Part shown: positions 27,024 through 29,443 of the stretch, piece by piece
Numbering within the stretch: the first letter of the stretch is position 1
Layout: each line of letters begins with the position of its first letter
Source: an archaeon
GTDB taxonomy: Archaea > Asgardarchaeota > Thorarchaeia > Thorarchaeales > Thorarchaeaceae
Direction: 5' to 3'
Length of the DNA stretch: 29,443 nucleotides
NCBI GenBank assembly: GCA_024275415.1
Contig: JAJRZD010000013.1
Coordinates: 1 to 29,443, forward strand
Notes under the pieces: model-generated
What the model saw: the letters and a program-made list of their open reading frames with translations, nothing else
The model's database searches: none
Told to the model about the DNA's origin: nothing
Translations under genes and position numbers: made by a program

Positions 27024-27998
27024 ATGGCTGTCGATAAGAAGAAACTGATTGACCTTTACACGCGGACGTTGAAAGTCCGCCTTTTCGAAGAGAAGGTCTG
27101 GGAGCTCTTCGGTGAGAACATTGTTCCGGGAACCCTCCATCTGTATCTAGGACAAGAAGCCGTCGCTGCGGGTGTGACAGCAGCCCTCAAGGACTCTGAC
27201 TGGGTTCAAAGCACACACAGAGGACATGGACATGTCATCGCAAAGGGAGCTGACGAGAAGAAGGCACTTGCTGAACTCCTCGGGAAAGCCACAGGATCCT
27301 GCAAGGGAAAGGGTGGCTCCATGCACATCACCGAGTTCAAGAAGGGAGTCCTTGGAGCGACTGGTGTCGTAGCCTCTGGACTGCCCATTGCTGTAGGTGC
27401 CGCGCTCTCTTGCAAGATGCGAGGCACCAAAGATGTGGTTGCCTGCTTCTTTGGGGACGGTGCATCTAATAACGGGACATTCGGCGAGTCGCTGAACATG
27501 TCCGCCATATGGCAACTCCCCGTGATCTGGATTGTGGAAAACAACCTCTATGCCATGGGAACACCCATCAAGCTTACCTGTCCATCGGCAACAATTGCCG
27601 AGCGTGCGAACGGGTATTGTATCCCAAACACAGTCGTAGATGGAAACAATGCCCTTGAGGTCTACGAGGCAACCGTAGAGGCCGTCAAAAGGGCACGACA
27701 GGGAGGAGGCCCGACCCTTATCGAATGCCGTACTTACAGACAGAGAGGACACTCACGCTTTGACCCTGCAAAATACCGTCCAGAAGACGAGGCGAAAGAG
27801 TGGCTCAGCGAGAACAGGGATGCTGTGAATGTCATCAGAAAAATAGCAATTGAGCGGAGTGCTCTGACTGAGAAAGAGGCTGACAAAATCAGGGAGAAGC
27901 TCCAGAAGCAGATAGACAAGGCTGCTGATTTTGCCAGAAACTCCGAATACCCGAAACCGGAAGATGCATTGGAAGATGTCTATGCGGAGGCGTTCTAA
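27024..27998 (+). CDS. 2-oxoacid (pyruvate/acetoin-type) dehydrogenase E1 alpha
   Basis: GTLHLYLGQEA, THRGHGH, GGSMH, TPP motif GDGASNNG...N, TYRQRGHS. Confidence 0.95.
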   Translation: MAVDKKKLIDLYTRTLKVRLFEEKVWELFGENIVPGTLHLYLGQEAVAAGVTAALKDSDWVQSTHRGHGHVIAKGADEKKALAELLGKATGSCKGKGGSMHITEFKKGVLGATGVVASGLPIAVGAALSCKMRGTKDVVACFFGDGASNNGTFGESLNMSAIWQLPVIWIVENNLYAMGTPIKLTCPSATIAERANGYCIPNTVVDGNNALEVYEATVEAVKRARQGGGPTLIECRTYRQRGHSRFDPAKYRPEDEAKEWLSENRDAVNVIRKIAIERSALTEKEADKIREKLQKQIDKAADFARNSEYPKPEDALEDVYAEAF

Positions 27999-28973
27999 AT
28001 GACAGAGATGACATACAGAGAGGCATTGAAAGCTGGGCTCCGCGAGGAGATGCAACGTGATGAGTCCGTCTTCTTGATGGGCGAGGATATTGGTCTTAAC
28101 TGGGGCGGAGCATTCAAGGTCACAAAGGGACTTGCCGAAGAGTTTGGAGAGGAGCGAGTCAGGGACACCCCGATCTCAGAGAACACAATAGCTGGTGCAG
28201 CAGTCGGTGCAGCCATTACAGGTATGCGTCCTGTCGCAGAGATCATGTTCGGAGACCTCATCACACTTGCCATGGATCAAGTATGCAATCAGGCCGCAAA
28301 GATGCGCTATATGTTTGGCGGACAGACATCCGTACCACTGGTAATCAGGACGGTCTTTGGTGGGGGCAAGAATATCGCATCACACCATTCTCAAAGTCTT
28401 GAAGCTTGGTTCATGCACACACCAGGATTGAAGGTCGCAGTTCCCGCTTTTGCGTCAGATGTCAAGGGTCTCATAAAGACCGCCATCCGCGACCCAGACC
28501 CAGTACTGTTTGCAGAGCACAAGCTTGTCTATGACAAGAAAGAGGAAGTACCTGACGAGGAATACCTCATCCCGTTCGGCGAAGCGAAGGTTCGAAGAGA
28601 AGGGGCTGATGTGACAGTGTGGGGCACCTTCTTCATGCTTCACAAAGCCCTAGAAGTTGCTGAGGAACTTGCAAAAGAAGGAATCAGCGTCGAGGTCATA
28701 GATCCGAGGACTCTGGTGCCACTTGACAAGAAGACAATTATCGAATCAGTGAAGAAGACTGGCAGACTGGTGCTTGTGACCGAAGAAACCAAGACACTCG
28801 CAACCACTGCCGAGGTCGCGGCTATCGTGCAAGAGGAAGCCTTCGACTGGCTTGATGCACCCATAAAGCGTGTCAATGCACCAGACACCCCTGTGCCCTT
28901 TGCTCCCACACTGGAGAACTTCTTCATTCCAGACCACAAACGGATAGCACAGGCAATCCGCGATATCATATAG
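27999..28973 (+). CDS. 2-oxoacid dehydrogenase E1 beta
   Basis: GEDIG..GGAFKVT, RDTPISE, RPVAEIMF, HHSQSLE, PGLKV, EVIDPRTLVPLD. Confidence 0.95.
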   Translation: MTEMTYREALKAGLREEMQRDESVFLMGEDIGLNWGGAFKVTKGLAEEFGEERVRDTPISENTIAGAAVGAAITGMRPVAEIMFGDLITLAMDQVCNQAAKMRYMFGGQTSVPLVIRTVFGGGKNIASHHSQSLEAWFMHTPGLKVAVPAFASDVKGLIKTAIRDPDPVLFAEHKLVYDKKEEVPDEEYLIPFGEAKVRREGADVTVWGTFFMLHKALEVAEELAKEGISVEVIDPRTLVPLDKKTIIESVKKTGRLVLVTEETKTLATTAEVAAIVQEEAFDWLDAPIKRVNAPDTPVPFAPTLENFFIPDHKRIAQAIRDII

Positions 28974-28979
28974 GAGAGC

Positions 28980-29443
28980 ATGAGAAAGATGGTTACGACC
29001 ATGATCATGCAGCGCATGAGCGTTGCCATGGAATATGGAGTCATCCTCAAGTGGTTGAAGAAAGAGGGCGACCAGATAAAAAAAGGCGAGCCCGTTGTGG
29101 AGATATTTGGCGAGAAGAACGAGTTCGAATTGGAATCTCCTGCTGATGGGGTACTCCTCAAGATACTCTGTGAGGAGAATGATGAGATCCCTATCAGTGA
29201 GCCTATCGCCATAATTGGTGAGAAAGGGGAGAAGATACCTGACATTAAGCCACGCAAACTGGGCGAATCCACCACAGCAACAACGACAGTACCAGCACAG
29301 ACCACAACCCCGACGAAACCCGATGCTCCTGCAAAGAAAGCTGTGTCAGTCATGGCTGGAGGTCGTATCAAAGCATCTCCGCGTGCAAAGAAGAAGGCAA
29401 AGGAGCTAGGAGTGGACTTGGCATATGTCACAGGCACAGGGCC
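28980..29443 (+). CDS. Dihydrolipoamide acyltransferase E2 (N-terminal part, truncated by window end; not in the ORF track)
   Basis: Hand translation: lipoyl domain KWLKKEGDQIKKGEPVVEIFGEKNEFELESPADG, Thr/Pro/Ala linker, E3-binding ASPRAKKKAKELGVDL..VTGTG. The start is ATG 28980 or 28989. Confidence 0.92.
   Translation, partial: MRKMVTTMIMQRMSVAMEYGVILKWLKKEGDQIKKGEPVVEIFGEKNEFELESPADGVLLKILCEENDEIPISEPIAIIGEKGEKIPDIKPRKLGESTTATTTVPAQTTTPTKPDAPAKKAVSVMAGGRIKASPRAKKKAKELGVDLAYVTGTG

Noticed and set aside
28640-29437. 265-aa minus-strand ORF, and similar long antisense ORFs (e.g. 21310-21966, 23878-24822, 16402-16983, 9259-9675)
   Set aside because: They are shadows of well-supported genes on the other strand and have no motifs of their own.
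1-29443. Genome-wide TAG-to-pyrrolysine recoding
   Set aside because: TAG ends the mutase, E1 beta, flavoprotein and methyltransferase genes at their expected C-termini.

Overview
Archaeal window, most likely an Asgard archaeon (Thorarchaeia-like). This is inferred from GGTGA/GAGGTG ribosome-binding motifs, fwd genes, a longin/roadblock-like protein and an Ig-like surface domain. No database searches were run; family calls rest on motifs read from the translations. (1) 1-7115, CRISPR-Cas locus: the 3' part of a type I-D-like cas3' helicase and cas6 (+), converging on a minus-strand adaptation operon, DUF2797-like gene > cas1 > cas2 > cas4. An AT-rich leader and a 25-repeat/24-spacer array follow. 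The DUF2797-like gene has an in-frame TAG, but its frame continues for 45 family-like residues to a TGA that overlaps the cas1 ATG. (2) 7.2-9.5 kb: small hypothetical, Zn-finger and membrane genes, including a 49-aa single-TM ORF missing from the ORF track. (3) About 9.5-16.3 kb: an AT-richer block with a TPR/Zn-finger and Zn-ribbon gene pair, a C2-like/Ig-like surface protein with a cytoplasmic Zn ribbon, a diverged orphan copy of the 3' end of the preceding host membrane gene, and a 781-aa polytopic membrane protein. (4) 16.3-29.4 kb, host metabolism and cell biology: a B12-dependent acyl-CoA mutase large subunit with non-MCM specificity residues, CobA-type adenosyltransferase, iron-sulfur flavoprotein, TPR protein, longin-roadblock-like fusion, winged-HTH, bactofilin-like beta-helix protein, SAM methyltransferase, fwdDBA without fwdC, and a 2-oxoacid dehydrogenase E1a-E1b-E2 operon cut by the window end.
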